From a virus (Duplodnaviria > Caudoviricetes), in the IMG/VR virus record IMGVR_UViG_3300028364_000001, positions 1 through 61,955 of that record: a DNA stretch of 61,955 nt; one strand, written 5' to 3'. The notes below the pieces were generated by a model. That model was not told the DNA's origin. It searched no databases and worked only from the letters and a program-made list of their open reading frames with translations. Positions 18,170 to 26,971 of this stretch are shown in pieces. Within the stretch, counting starts at the first letter, position 1; each line of letters begins with the position of its first letter. A program made the translations under genes and the position numbers.

Positions 18170-18300
18170 GTGTCCATTTTTTGGTTCCCTCACAGAAACC
18201 AGTTCCGTAGCAGGTACGGGCCTGACCCACTTAGGCGTCAGGACTAAGTGCCGCGCGGGCCGGAAACCAGTTCTGTTGCAGCTGTGAGGCGAGGTGACGC

Positions 18301-18618
18301 CTAATCGTATCGACCGCTCTCGGCGAACAAGGGGAGATCCTCCCCCCACTCATTGGCGCGCTTCCGTGTGGCCACCATGGCGAGCTTCGCATCCCTGCGC
18401 AGATTGCTGAGGTGCTTGCCAGTTGTCGTGGTCTTGAGGGCTGTGGCACACCTGCTGCACACCGGGGCCAACGGATACCCCGCGCAGGCCACATCAGGAA
18501 AGCCAATAGGTGCGAGAAACAGGGAGCGGCCCGACAGTGGGCCTTGCCCACAACAATGACAGCTTGAGCCATATTGGCGGACCGCGAGGCCGCGCAGCAC
18601 AGTACGTTCGGAGGGCAT
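18301..18618 (-). CDS. CxxC...CxxC zinc-binding protein (degenerate HNH-like), paralog A
   Basis: YGSSCHCCGQGPL...LFLAPIG...PVCSRC. Confidence 0.6.
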   Translation of the reverse strand: MPSERTVLRGLAVRQYGSSCHCCGQGPLSGRSLFLAPIGFPDVACAGYPLAPVCSRCATALKTTTTGKHLSNLRRDAKLAMVATRKRANEWGEDLPLFAESGRYD

Positions 18619-18665
18619 GATGTGTCCTTTCAGGATGGAAACCAGTTTTGTGGCAGCTGTGGGAC

Positions 18666-18974
18666 TTAGTCCGCACGCCTATGTCCGTCGTCCGGCACCG
18701 GGGCGATCTTGTAGCCACCTATGGTGGCCTGCTCACGCGTTATTTCGATCATGGCGTTGGCACGTCTGCGCAAGGTCTGCACGATTGCCTTCCGTGTGAC
18801 CCCAGCCTTGAGGTGGTTGTGACACTCTTTACACAGTGGGATGTGGTGATGGTTGGGTCCGATAGGTAAAACGAACAAACCACGTCGATTTAGCGGTCCT
18901 ATGGCGCAAACTTTACAATGCGAACCGTAGTTTCTTATTGCCTGTGCTCGGTCTAGCTGGTGCTCAGTGGCCAT
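18666..18974 (-). CDS. CxxC...CxxC zinc-binding protein (degenerate HNH-like), paralog B
   Basis: YGSHCKVCAIGPL...LFVLPIG...PLCKECHN. Confidence 0.6.
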   Translation of the reverse strand: MATEHQLDRAQAIRNYGSHCKVCAIGPLNRRGLFVLPIGPNHHHIPLCKECHNHLKAGVTRKAIVQTLRRRANAMIEITREQATIGGYKIAPVPDDGHRRAD

Positions 18975-19019
18975 TTTGGGCCCTTTCCTAATGTTCTGAA
19001 ACCGACGAAAATCCGTCAT

Positions 19020-19700
19020 CTGGAAAGTTTACATCAGTATCAAGAGTTCTGCAACAATAAATTATAGTTCCACAGGTCCTGATATCGATGTAAACTATTC
19101 TTATCTCGGGCCCCGGAACATTGGTTTTCGTTAGATATCAATGACTTAGCTTTTTCAATGTTTTGCAATGTTCCGGCCCAATGTTCGGCGTAAGTCATTG
19201 ATATTGCAGCGTTGTTGCAATGTTCCGCGATTTGAAGGGTAGGGGGGTGGCTTGAAAAACGAAATCAGCGAGAAACGGTCCGTTTTGCCAATGTTCAGCA
19301 CCGAGCACAAAAAAATGTAGTTGAGTACCCTAAATCCCGGAACATTTGCACATCCTCCTAACACATTGATATATATATATATATTTAAGAACATTACTAC
19401 AACAATAAGAACATTGCTCGCCTGATACCTCCTGCAACCCCACGCTGCCGTGCCACGCCCGGTGCAACCCCACGCCACCACGCAACGCCACCTGATACCG
19501 AAATCAGTGTTAGAAATTCTATCTCCGTAGTTAGATTTTTTATCTACCCCACGACTAAGCCTCCGAGATAAAACTTCTATCTCTCCCCCAGCGATGCCAG
19601 TTTTACCGCCATAAACCACCAGAAGAAACCTCCCACTTTCAGAAGAAACTGCTTGATATAAGGTGCCGGAATGGTATTCTGATGGTAGAAAGACGAGTTA
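19020..19700. other. AT-rich non-coding region with iterated CAATGTT/AACATT motifs; candidate origin or control region
   Basis: No credible ORF, (AT)8 tract, 14-bp inverted repeat, point of strand divergence. Confidence 0.5.
19653..19680 (+). promoter_or_regulatory. Putative sigma70 promoter for the early modular region
   Basis: TTGATA-16 nt-TATTCT with an extended TG. Confidence 0.45.
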
Positions 19701-19760
19701 CCCCGGTGCCTAGACCACTTAGTCCTGACGCCTAAGCCAACCCAAAGAAAGGTTAACCCC

Positions 19761-19976
19761 ATGCCCAAGCAAGCCAAGAATGCGTCGATCACGTTCCAGA
19801 ACGTGACGAAAACCAAACTCCACACCGTCCAGTGCGATACAGCCTCCATCGGCCAGATCATCGAGTGGTACGCCGCGGCGCACTCCGGCGACCACATCAA
19901 CATCACCACGTGGTATCCCAAGCGCGAGATATGCCGCACGCTGAATGCGCCCCCCACCATTTTCCCCAAGCTCTGA
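19761..19976 (+). CDS. Hypothetical protein
   Basis: Follows palindrome and RBS. Confidence 0.6.
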   Translation: MPKQAKNASITFQNVTKTKLHTVQCDTASIGQIIEWYAAAHSGDHINITTWYPKREICRTLNAPPTIFPKL

Positions 19977-20049
19977 GAAAGGTCCTCACCATGCCCGACC
20001 AGAAACCCCACTTAGTCCCCGTGCCTAAGCCAACAGAAGGAAGACCCCG

Positions 20050-20199
20050 ATGCTAAAACTCAGAGCGTTCCTCAACGGCATGTTGGAGTTCCGCACAAGC
20101 TGGACGACAAACTATCCCGACGACGCCTTGATGGAAACCTACGACAGGGGCCGCGACCCCGCGCACCGGCTCACCTTTCGCAGATATGAAGAGCGTTGA
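20050..20199 (+). CDS. Hypothetical protein (49 aa)
   Basis: MLKLRAFLNGMLEFR...YDRGR; follows palindrome and RBS. Confidence 0.55.
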   Translation: MLKLRAFLNGMLEFRTSWTTNYPDDALMETYDRGRDPAHRLTFRRYEER

Positions 20200-20231
20200 C
20201 CCACCAACCAACCCAAAGAAAGGTTCACACC

Positions 20232-20324
20232 ATGCTTCTCAAGATCATGCTCGCCCTGCACTATCTGTTCCTCGCAGTGGCGCTATGGTTCCCCTTCCTC
20301 GCCTTCTGGTTCCTGACACCATGA
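20232..20324 (+). CDS. Small hydrophobic peptide (30 aa)
   Basis: MLLKIMLALHYLFLAVALWFPFLAFWFLTP; GAAAGG RBS, ATGA-coupled to the next ORF. Confidence 0.45.
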   Translation: MLLKIMLALHYLFLAVALWFPFLAFWFLTP

Positions 20325-20521
20325 CCCCCTTCCACCCGGACTACGGGCTGGGCGACGAGCACCGCCTTGCAGCCTTGCGCTGTGCCGAAACCATTGGCCT
20401 CCGTCGTGCAGCGGCGGTGTTCAACGTGCACTTGTCATCCCTCTACAGGTGGCGAAAGAGCTACGACCCCGAGCTGCTGCGCTTCGCCGCGCGGCACGAG
20501 CAGCTTAGGCCTGACGCCTAA
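20321..20521 (+). CDS. Small HTH protein
   Basis: GLRRAAAVFNVHLSSLYRWRK; stop codon lies inside a palindrome. Confidence 0.65.
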   Translation: MTPFHPDYGLGDEHRLAALRCAETIGLRRAAAVFNVHLSSLYRWRKSYDPELLRFAARHEQLRPDA

Positions 20522-20546
20522 GCCAAACAAAAGAAAGGTTCACACC

Positions 20547-20750
20547 ATGCAAGTCCTCCAGATCCTGCGGGACATAAAGACACCCTCCGATGCCAGCGAA
20601 TGGCTCGCCGAACATGACAGCTGGCATCCCGACGACATCGTCGATCTTGCCGAGGAGGCACAGTTCGACCGCGCACACGACGCGAGCGACTACGAAGTGC
20701 TGCCGTGCAGCTGCTACGACGTGACCGTAACACTTAGGCCTCAGGTCTAA
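20547..20750 (+). CDS. Hypothetical acidic protein
   Basis: Palindrome and RBS upstream; stop codon inside the next palindrome. Confidence 0.6.
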   Translation: MQVLQILRDIKTPSDASEWLAEHDSWHPDDIVDLAEEAQFDRAHDASDYEVLPCSCYDVTVTLRPQV

Positions 20751-20775
20751 GTCCACCCAAGAAAGGAATAACGAT

Positions 20776-20904
20776 ATGCCCTACAGAGTTCAGATCACCA
20801 AAGCCAAGTGGCGGGCCCTCGGAGGGTTCCGCAATTCCTCGCTGTTCCGCTCCCAGCGGGGCCAGCGGTGGGCATACTTTCGCCTGCTGGAGGGTCGGAC
20901 ATGA
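20776..20904 (+). CDS. Hypothetical protein (42 aa), cargo of module 1
   Basis: MPYRVQITKAKWRALGGFRNSSLFR...; AAGGA RBS. Confidence 0.55.
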   Translation: MPYRVQITKAKWRALGGFRNSSLFRSQRGQRWAYFRLLEGRT

Positions 20905-21113
20905 TCTGGTCCTTCCTGCGCCCGCTGGTGCACCCCGCCGACATCTACGTCGACCGCGACGGGTACGGTTATGGCGACGGTGCATACAACGACATGCTTG
21001 GCCACTACGGCCAAGGTAGAGGCGACGGCGGGCCCGGTAATAGCCGCTCCCACGACACAGGCGAAGGCTTCTACTACGGCACAGGCTGCGGCTACGACGA
21101 CGACAACGACTGA
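20901..21113 (+). CDS. Gly-rich leader peptide, copy 1
   Basis: MIWSFLRPLVH...GYGYGDG...; ATGA overlap. Confidence 0.75.
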   Translation: MIWSFLRPLVHPADIYVDRDGYGYGDGAYNDMLGHYGQGRGDGGPGNSRSHDTGEGFYYGTGCGYDDDND

Positions 21114-21152
21114 CTTAGTCATCCCGACTAGGTCCAACCCAAGGAGATTACC

Positions 21153-21431
21153 ATGAACTTCAAGACCCCAACTCTCGCGATCCTCGTCATCACTGCTGGC
21201 CACGTCATGGTCGGCCGGGCGCGGAGCAACGACGACGGCTTCGTCGAACTGTTCGACGCACGCACCATCCGCAAGTGGGGGACGGCCAACGGCCTGAACC
21301 AATTGTATGATGGTCCCACCAGCGACACGGTGCTGGATGCCAAGGCACCTCTCATCTTGGTGCCGAATATCCACATCCTTTTCACCCTGCCTGTGAACGA
21401 GAGCGCAGCATGGATCGAAGCACTGGCATAA
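21153..21431 (+). CDS. Small phage protein (DUF6948-like)
   Basis: G.V.VG......V.L..AR.IRKWGT..GL.QL..GP pattern. Confidence 0.65.
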   Translation: MNFKTPTLAILVITAGHVMVGRARSNDDGFVELFDARTIRKWGTANGLNQLYDGPTSDTVLDAKAPLILVPNIHILFTLPVNESAAWIEALA

Positions 21432-21625
21432 TGATCTGGGCGTTCTTGCGTCCGTTGGTGTGGCACAGGTCCCGATGGGGCGACGGCTACGGCGACGGCC
21501 ACGGCACCGGCTACGGCTACGGCTTCGGCTACGGCAACGGCTACGGCTACGGCGACGGCGACGGCAACGTCAACGGTAACGGCTACGGCGACGGCGACGG
21601 ATACAGCGGCGACGGCAACAACTGA
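21431..21625 (+). CDS. Gly-rich leader peptide, copy 2
   Basis: MIWAFLRPLVW...; TAATG overlap. Confidence 0.75.
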   Translation: MIWAFLRPLVWHRSRWGDGYGDGHGTGYGYGFGYGNGYGYGDGDGNVNGNGYGDGDGYSGDGNN

Positions 21626-21667
21626 CTTAGTCATCCCGACTAAGTCCAACCAACTGAAGGACACGAC

Positions 21668-22768
21668 ATGACACGAGCAAACGCAATCTACGACGTCAGC
21701 CTTGACCAGTGCGCAAGCCTGATCGAGGCCTCGGGCAGCACGGTGACCTACCTGCTGCAAGGCGGGATCGGTATCGGCAAGTCCGCTTTGCTGGGCCAGA
21801 TCGGCAAGAGCATGCCCGGCCACCTGCAGGTCTACTTCGACTGCACGACCAAGGATCTTGGGGACATCATGATCCCCAACCTTGCCGAAGCTGCGGGCGG
21901 CACGCCCTACGTGCGGTTCGCGACCAACGAAGAACTGGGCATGCACCTGTGCGACCAGCCTATCATCCTGATGATCGACGAGCTGGGCAAGGCCAACCCC
22001 TCGGTGAAGAACGCACTGACCCGCATCCTCTACGAGCGCAAGATGGCCGGGTATACGATGCACCCCGACAGTATCGTGTTCGCCACCACCAACCTCGGTG
22101 CCGAAGGCGTTGGGGATATGCTGCTGCCCCACCAGTGGAACCGGATCTCGGTGCTGACTGTGCGCAAGCCCGACCACATGGAGTGGCTCGAATGGGGTAT
22201 CAGCAACGGGATCGACCACACCCTGCTGGGCTGGGTCCGCGACAACCCGCAGCTGTTCCAGTCCTTCGAGGACGTCAACGACGCAGAGCAGAACCCCTAT
22301 ATCTTCCACCCCCGGGACCCCAGCCGCAAGGCGTTCGTGACCGGCAGATCGCTGGAGAAGGCCAGCCACATCATCAAGGCCACCAAGGGCAAGGTGGACG
22401 ACATGACGCTGACTGCCGCCCTGATGGGCACGCTGGGGGACCGCGCGGCGATGGACCTGATGGCCTTCGTGCGACTGGCCAACGACCTGCCCAGCCATGC
22501 CTCGATCAAGAACGACCCGCTCAACGCCAAGGTGCCCGCCTCGGCCGCCGCAACGTGCATGGTGGTGTACCGGGCCTTGTCTACCATGGAGGCCGACTGG
22601 GTGGACAACTGGATGATTTACGTTGAGAGGTTGGACACCGAGGCCCAAGGCCTGTTCGCCAACGGCGTGCGGTCGCCCAAGTACGCCAAGCAGTCGGTGG
22701 TGTTGCTCAACAAGAGCTTCACTCGCTGGGTCCAGAGCAGGGCTTACCTCTTCGGCGCGGATCAGTGA
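21668..22768 (+). CDS. MoxR-like AAA+ ATPase
   Basis: Walker A GGIGIGKS, Walker B LMIDE, ATTN sensor, TGRSLE. Confidence 0.85.
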   Translation: MTRANAIYDVSLDQCASLIEASGSTVTYLLQGGIGIGKSALLGQIGKSMPGHLQVYFDCTTKDLGDIMIPNLAEAAGGTPYVRFATNEELGMHLCDQPIILMIDELGKANPSVKNALTRILYERKMAGYTMHPDSIVFATTNLGAEGVGDMLLPHQWNRISVLTVRKPDHMEWLEWGISNGIDHTLLGWVRDNPQLFQSFEDVNDAEQNPYIFHPRDPSRKAFVTGRSLEKASHIIKATKGKVDDMTLTAALMGTLGDRAAMDLMAFVRLANDLPSHASIKNDPLNAKVPASAAATCMVVYRALSTMEADWVDNWMIYVERLDTEAQGLFANGVRSPKYAKQSVVLLNKSFTRWVQSRAYLFGADQ

Positions 22769-22769
22769 C

Positions 22770-22958
22770 ATGATCTGGTCCTTCCTGCGCCCGCTGGTGT
22801 GGTGCCTGTGCCGCTACGGTAGGGGCGACGACGCCCCTTTTGGGGACGGCTACTACGGCAGCAGCGGCGGCAACAGCTCTGGCGAAGGTTACAACTATGG
22901 GCATGGCGCCGGTGACCACTGCGATCTAGGCTGCGACTTCTACGGAGGTCGGGGATGA
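22770..22958 (+). CDS. Gly-rich leader peptide, copy 3
   Basis: MIWSFLRPLVW; starts 1 nt after the ATPase stop. Confidence 0.75.
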   Translation: MIWSFLRPLVWCLCRYGRGDDAPFGDGYYGSSGGNSSGEGYNYGHGAGDHCDLGCDFYGGRG

Positions 22959-23173
22959 TCTGGTCCTTCCTGCGCCCGCTGGTGTGGAGTGTCGCCCCAT
23001 ATGGCTCAGGCACTAGAGGCTTCCTCCACGGCGAAGGCTTTGGCGATGGTGGCGGTTACGGCGGCAACGGCGATGGCTGGGGCTACCACGACAGTATGGG
23101 CCGTGGCTTTGGTTACTACAACGGTGACGGGGCCGGGTACGGCCTCGGCGACAAGAACGACGACATGACTTAG
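22955..23173 (+). CDS. Gly-rich leader peptide, copy 4
   Basis: MIWSFLRPLVW; GGAGG RBS and ATGA overlap. Confidence 0.75.
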   Translation: MIWSFLRPLVWSVAPYGSGTRGFLHGEGFGDGGGYGGNGDGWGYHDSMGRGFGYYNGDGAGYGLGDKNDDMT

Positions 23174-23197
23174 TGCAACCAAGAAAGGAATACTCCC

Positions 23198-23950
23198 ATG
23201 ATGGGACTTCGTATGCCGGACGTCAGGGGCGTCGGCACCTACGCGCAGGCCGCTGCACTGTTCGACAGGGCCAAGGAGCGCAAGAACCCCTACCACTCCG
23301 GCACACATGCCATACCCGGGCACAAGGTCACGTTCACAGGCCTGTCCAAGGCCGCCGACGGCACAATCAGATTCACCTATCACAGCACTGACGTGGTGGA
23401 GTGGCACCCCGACGACACCTGCACGCTGGACATCGGCTGGAAGAGCATAAGCACAGGCACGTTCGCTGATCGCTTTGCGCCTGTTGGGGTGGGCATCTAT
23501 GGAGCGTGCAAAGCCCTGCGTGTGGACGGCGTCTACTACAACCCACATGGCATTGTGCGCCTCGACGTGGAGGGACGGCTGACCCACGCCAGCGAAGACA
23601 CGCGCCCGATCCTTCAGGTGCGTGTAGACCGCAAGAAGGCAAAGGCTGCATCGGAGGAGTCTGGTCTCACGGCTTTCCTCGCATGGTACAAGCCCATGGC
23701 GGCCCTGCTGGGCAACGAGCAGATGCACAGGGAGAACCACTACAACTCGGACCTCGTTACGTCCTTGCTCTACAGGGATCAGTGGGAAAAGCTGCGCACC
23801 TGTAGCAGGCTTGCCGGTGCCCGGGCCCATGTCTCCGTCGTAGAGCGGGCTCTGCGCAAGGCCGTGTACGAGCGTTACGACGCCTACTACACCACGGAGC
23901 ACGCAAGCGCCCCCGATTACGGGTCGTTCACTGCGTGGACCCGGGAGTGA
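23198..23950 (+). CDS. Hypothetical protein (250 aa)
   Basis: AAGGA RBS; YH.TDVV.WHPD motif. Confidence 0.75.
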   Translation: MMGLRMPDVRGVGTYAQAAALFDRAKERKNPYHSGTHAIPGHKVTFTGLSKAADGTIRFTYHSTDVVEWHPDDTCTLDIGWKSISTGTFADRFAPVGVGIYGACKALRVDGVYYNPHGIVRLDVEGRLTHASEDTRPILQVRVDRKKAKAASEESGLTAFLAWYKPMAALLGNEQMHRENHYNSDLVTSLLYRDQWEKLRTCSRLAGARAHVSVVERALRKAVYERYDAYYTTEHASAPDYGSFTAWTRE

Positions 23951-24117
23951 TCTGGGCTTTCCTCCGTCCGCTGGTGTGGGCCAAGTACGCGTGGGACGGT
24001 GGCGGCGACGACTACCCTTTTGGGGACGGCTACTACGGCGACGGCGACGGCGACTGCTATGGCGAAGGTTACAACTATGGGCATGGCGCCGGTGACCACG
24101 ACGGAAACAGCAGATGA
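23947..24117 (+). CDS. Gly-rich leader peptide, copy 5
   Basis: GTG start, IWAFLRPLVW; GTGA overlap. Confidence 0.75.
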   Translation: MIWAFLRPLVWAKYAWDGGGDDYPFGDGYYGDGDGDCYGEGYNYGHGAGDHDGNSR

Positions 24118-24159
24118 CTTAGTCATCCCGACTAGGTCCAACCAAGAAAGGACGACCCC

Positions 24160-26319
24160 ATGTTTGGGAACGGAAAACTTACACCAGAGCAACGCCTCCA
24201 GAAGGCGGTCATTGCGATCATGCATCACGACAGATACCGCGCCTTGGCGGGGGTGCTGATGATCGGCAGTCGCAAGGTGGGCACCCATCTGGGTCGCACC
24301 GCTGTGGACACCGCCGCCACAAACGGCATGGACGAGATGTACAACCCCGATTTCATCACGTCGCTCAAGGACTCGGAGCTGCGGTTCCTCGTGCTGCACG
24401 AGAACTACCACAAGCTGTACAAGCACCTGACCACATGGCGGTGGATGTATCTGCGCCATAAGCAGGCGGCCAATGCTGCCTGCGTGGTCGGGGAGACCCT
24501 TATCACGATGGCAGACGGATCGTTTCGTGCCGCCGAAAACATTCGGGTTGGGGATAAGGTGCGGACCCCGTTTGGTCCTGCGCCCGTGCTCGCTGTCAAG
24601 GCCACTGACAACCGTCAAGTATGCGAACTTGACATGGGTATGGGATATAAACTACAATGTACCCCTGACCATAAACTACTGACGGATCGTGGATATGTCG
24701 AAGCCCAATGCCTCACAGAAGCGGATACAATCTACTTGGACGCCGGAGATGGACGCCTTTGTGAAGGAGAATCATGGCGTCATGCAGATCAAAGATATGG
24801 CCCCACACTTGGGGGTGACGGCAATGTCTGTGTACCACAGGCTGCGGAAGCTGGGCTTGGCGTCTACTCGGATGACCGTGAAACAGCAATCGCTGAAAGG
24901 CTTGGGTCTCTGGCAGCCTACGGACTGGGCGTACTTCGCCGGCTTGGTGGACGGGGAGGGCACGGTTACGTGCCAGATCACACAGGGCAAGTACCTGAGG
25001 CCAACACTATCCGTGACCAATACGAGCTACAGCTTAATGCTTTGGTTGGAGTCGCTGGGGATGTATTGTGTGCTGGCCCGAAACAACTACGGCAATATGT
25101 ACTGGAAGGCGGAGGTTTCGGGCTTCGGGATATTGCCGGTGCTGGAGGGGATACGCCCTTGGGTGAAGATACGGACCCGTCGCTACGATATACTCATGGA
25201 GATAATCCGCATCCGAACCTCGGCGGGCTACCGTTTCCAGCCGACTACCGCCATCATCTCCTTGTTAGCGGAATTGAAGGCCTTGAACCTGCGAGGCTCA
25301 CAGTTAGAAGATTCCTTGGCGAGAGCCGGAGAGTCTACGACATCACTACGCCCGCACAGTGTTTTGTTGCAAACGGGGTAGTCGTGCACAATTGCGATTT
25401 TGTCATCAACATCAAGCTGGTGGACGACAACAAGACTGACCGCTTCGCCACCATGACAGGGGGCCTGCTGATCGGCTGCTTCGACGAGAAATATAGAGAC
25501 TGGGACAGCGCTGCGGTGTTCCACGACCTGCTCAAGAACGCCAAGCAAGGCGGGGGTGGCGGCCAAGGCGAACCCGGCCAACCCGGCGAACCCGGCGAAG
25601 GCGAACCGGGCCAAGGCTTCGACGCCCACGACTGGGACGGGGCGCAGGACATGCCCGATGCTGACAAGCAGGCGCTGGCACGCGACATCGACGAGGCGAT
25701 CCGCCAAGGCGCGCTGATGGCAGGCAAGACCGGGTCAGGCGGTGACAGGTCACTTGATGATCTGATGCAGCCACAGGTGGACTGGCGCACGGCGCTGCGC
25801 GACTTCATCACCACGACCTGCGCAGGGTCTGACTTCTCCACGTGGAAGCGGCCCAACCGTCGCTTCATCGGCGCGGGCTACTACATGCCCAGTGGCATCA
25901 CGGAGCGTGTCAAGGATATCTGCGTGGCCGTGGACACCTCGGGGTCCATCAGAGGGCCGCAACTGGCATCGTTTCTGAGCGAGGTCCGGGGCATCGCCGA
26001 CTCCGTGCGGCCCGAGCGCATCCACCTGCTGTACTGGGACACGGCAGTGTGCCGCCACGAGGTGTATCTGGAGCAGGACCTGCACAACTTGGTCCAGTCG
26101 ACCAAGCCCGAGGGCGGCGGAGGCACCATGGTCGAGTGCGTGCCGGAGTTCCTCAACAAGATGGGGATCACCCCACAAGCGGTTATCGTGCTGACCGACG
26201 GCTACCTCGGCGGCAGCTGGGGCACGTGGACCTGTCCGGTCCTGTGGACCATCCTCGACAACAAGAGCGCCCGCCCTGACCACGGGGCAACGGTGCACAT
26301 CAAGGGTCACGAGCTGTGA
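24160..26319 (+). CDS. Metallopeptidase (HExxH) + VWA-like protein (DUF2201-like) with an intein (about 415 aa spliced)
   Basis: TAATNG, LHENYH, ANAA|CDFVIN after splicing, MIDAS DTSGS, GGGT, VLTDG. Confidence 0.88.
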   Translation: MFGNGKLTPEQRLQKAVIAIMHHDRYRALAGVLMIGSRKVGTHLGRTAVDTAATNGMDEMYNPDFITSLKDSELRFLVLHENYHKLYKHLTTWRWMYLRHKQAANAACVVGETLITMADGSFRAAENIRVGDKVRTPFGPAPVLAVKATDNRQVCELDMGMGYKLQCTPDHKLLTDRGYVEAQCLTEADTIYLDAGDGRLCEGESWRHADQRYGPTLGGDGNVCVPQAAEAGLGVYSDDRETAIAERLGSLAAYGLGVLRRLGGRGGHGYVPDHTGQVPEANTIRDQYELQLNALVGVAGDVLCAGPKQLRQYVLEGGGFGLRDIAGAGGDTPLGEDTDPSLRYTHGDNPHPNLGGLPFPADYRHHLLVSGIEGLEPARLTVRRFLGESRRVYDITTPAQCFVANGVVVHNCDFVINIKLVDDNKTDRFATMTGGLLIGCFDEKYRDWDSAAVFHDLLKNAKQGGGGGQGEPGQPGEPGEGEPGQGFDAHDWDGAQDMPDADKQALARDIDEAIRQGALMAGKTGSGGDRSLDDLMQPQVDWRTALRDFITTTCAGSDFSTWKRPNRRFIGAGYYMPSGITERVKDICVAVDTSGSIRGPQLASFLSEVRGIADSVRPERIHLLYWDTAVCRHEVYLEQDLHNLVQSTKPEGGGGTMVECVPEFLNKMGITPQAVIVLTDGYLGGSWGTWTCPVLWTILDNKSARPDHGATVHIKGHEL
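24481..25392 (+). mobile_element. Intein 3 (304 aa, C...HN|C)
   Basis: CVVGETLITMADG...CTPDHKLLT...VYDITT...FVANGVVVHN|C. Confidence 0.9.
24689..25381 (+). CDS. LAGLIDADG homing endonuclease with an N-terminal HTH, in the +1 frame inside intein 3
   Basis: WAYFAGLVDGEGTV...RPTLSVTNTS...; N-terminal WT.E.D..........MA.HLG.T..SV..R..KLGL. Confidence 0.85.
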   Translation: MDMSKPNASQKRIQSTWTPEMDAFVKENHGVMQIKDMAPHLGVTAMSVYHRLRKLGLASTRMTVKQQSLKGLGLWQPTDWAYFAGLVDGEGTVTCQITQGKYLRPTLSVTNTSYSLMLWLESLGMYCVLARNNYGNMYWKAEVSGFGILPVLEGIRPWVKIRTRRYDILMEIIRIRTSAGYRFQPTTAIISLLAELKALNLRGSQLEDSLARAGESTTSLRPHSVLLQTG

Positions 26320-26537
26320 TCTGGAGCTTTCTCAAGCCGCTGGTGTGGTGGGGTGACAACTACGGCGATGGCCGCAACGGAGCCGACGGGAACGGTTATG
26401 GCGACAGCATCTTCGCATATGGAGGCGATGGGACGGATAGCCATGGCTTCGAGTACGGCAATGGTGACGGCGTCGGCTACCACGACACTGAAGGTCGCGG
26501 CTTCGGCCGTGACAATGGGAACGGAGGAAGGTCATGA
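26316..26537 (+). CDS. Gly-rich leader peptide, copy 6
   Basis: GTG start, IWSFLKPLVW; GTGA overlap. Confidence 0.75.
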   Translation: MIWSFLKPLVWWGDNYGDGRNGADGNGYGDSIFAYGGDGTDSHGFEYGNGDGVGYHDTEGRGFGRDNGNGGRS

Positions 26538-26692
26538 TCTGGGCCTTCCTCAGACCGTTGGTGTGGTGCGAGACCCGCTACGGCGACGGCAACGGCTACG
26601 GCTACGGCGACGGCGACGGCAACGGCTACGGCGACGGCGACGGATACAGCGGCGACGGCGACGGCCGTGGTCGTGATGACTACCACAACTGA
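26534..26692 (+). CDS. Gly-rich leader peptide, copy 7 (52 aa, not in the ORF track)
   Basis: MIWAFLRPLVWCETRYGDGNGYG...; GGAGG RBS. Confidence 0.75.
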   Translation: MIWAFLRPLVWCETRYGDGNGYGYGDGDGNGYGDGDGYSGDGDGRGRDDYHN

Positions 26693-26737
26693 CTTAGTCA
26701 TGAGGACTAAGCCCAACCAACCAACGAAGGACACGAC

Positions 26738-26971
26738 ATGTCAAAACCAACCCACCCACCCGCGTGGTCACTCGCCGAAGTGCAGACAGACGGAGGGGCG
26801 ATGATCACCCTTCACGTACCTGTGGCCCCGGGAATTGCTGAATATCTCGCCCAGAGGATGCGCGATACCGGGTTCCTGACCCTGCGGAATGACAAGGAGT
26901 CCCTCTCGATAGCGGCGGATCGTGTCGTCGCTTTCAAACTGACACGTATTGTAGGAGAGCAACCAACATGA
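26738..26971 (+). CDS. Hypothetical protein
   Basis: Follows palindrome and RBS. Confidence 0.65.
   Translation: MSKPTHPPAWSLAEVQTDGGAMITLHVPVAPGIAEYLAQRMRDTGFLTLRNDKESLSIAADRVVAFKLTRIVGEQPT

Noticed and set aside
19155-19619. 154-aa minus-strand ORF in the AT-rich region
   Set aside because: It runs through the (AT)n tract and repeats, with atypical composition and no RBS.
12782-25392. Inteins 2 and 3 are both exactly 912 nt
   Set aside because: Their sequences and nested nucleases are unrelated, so I treat it as coincidence.
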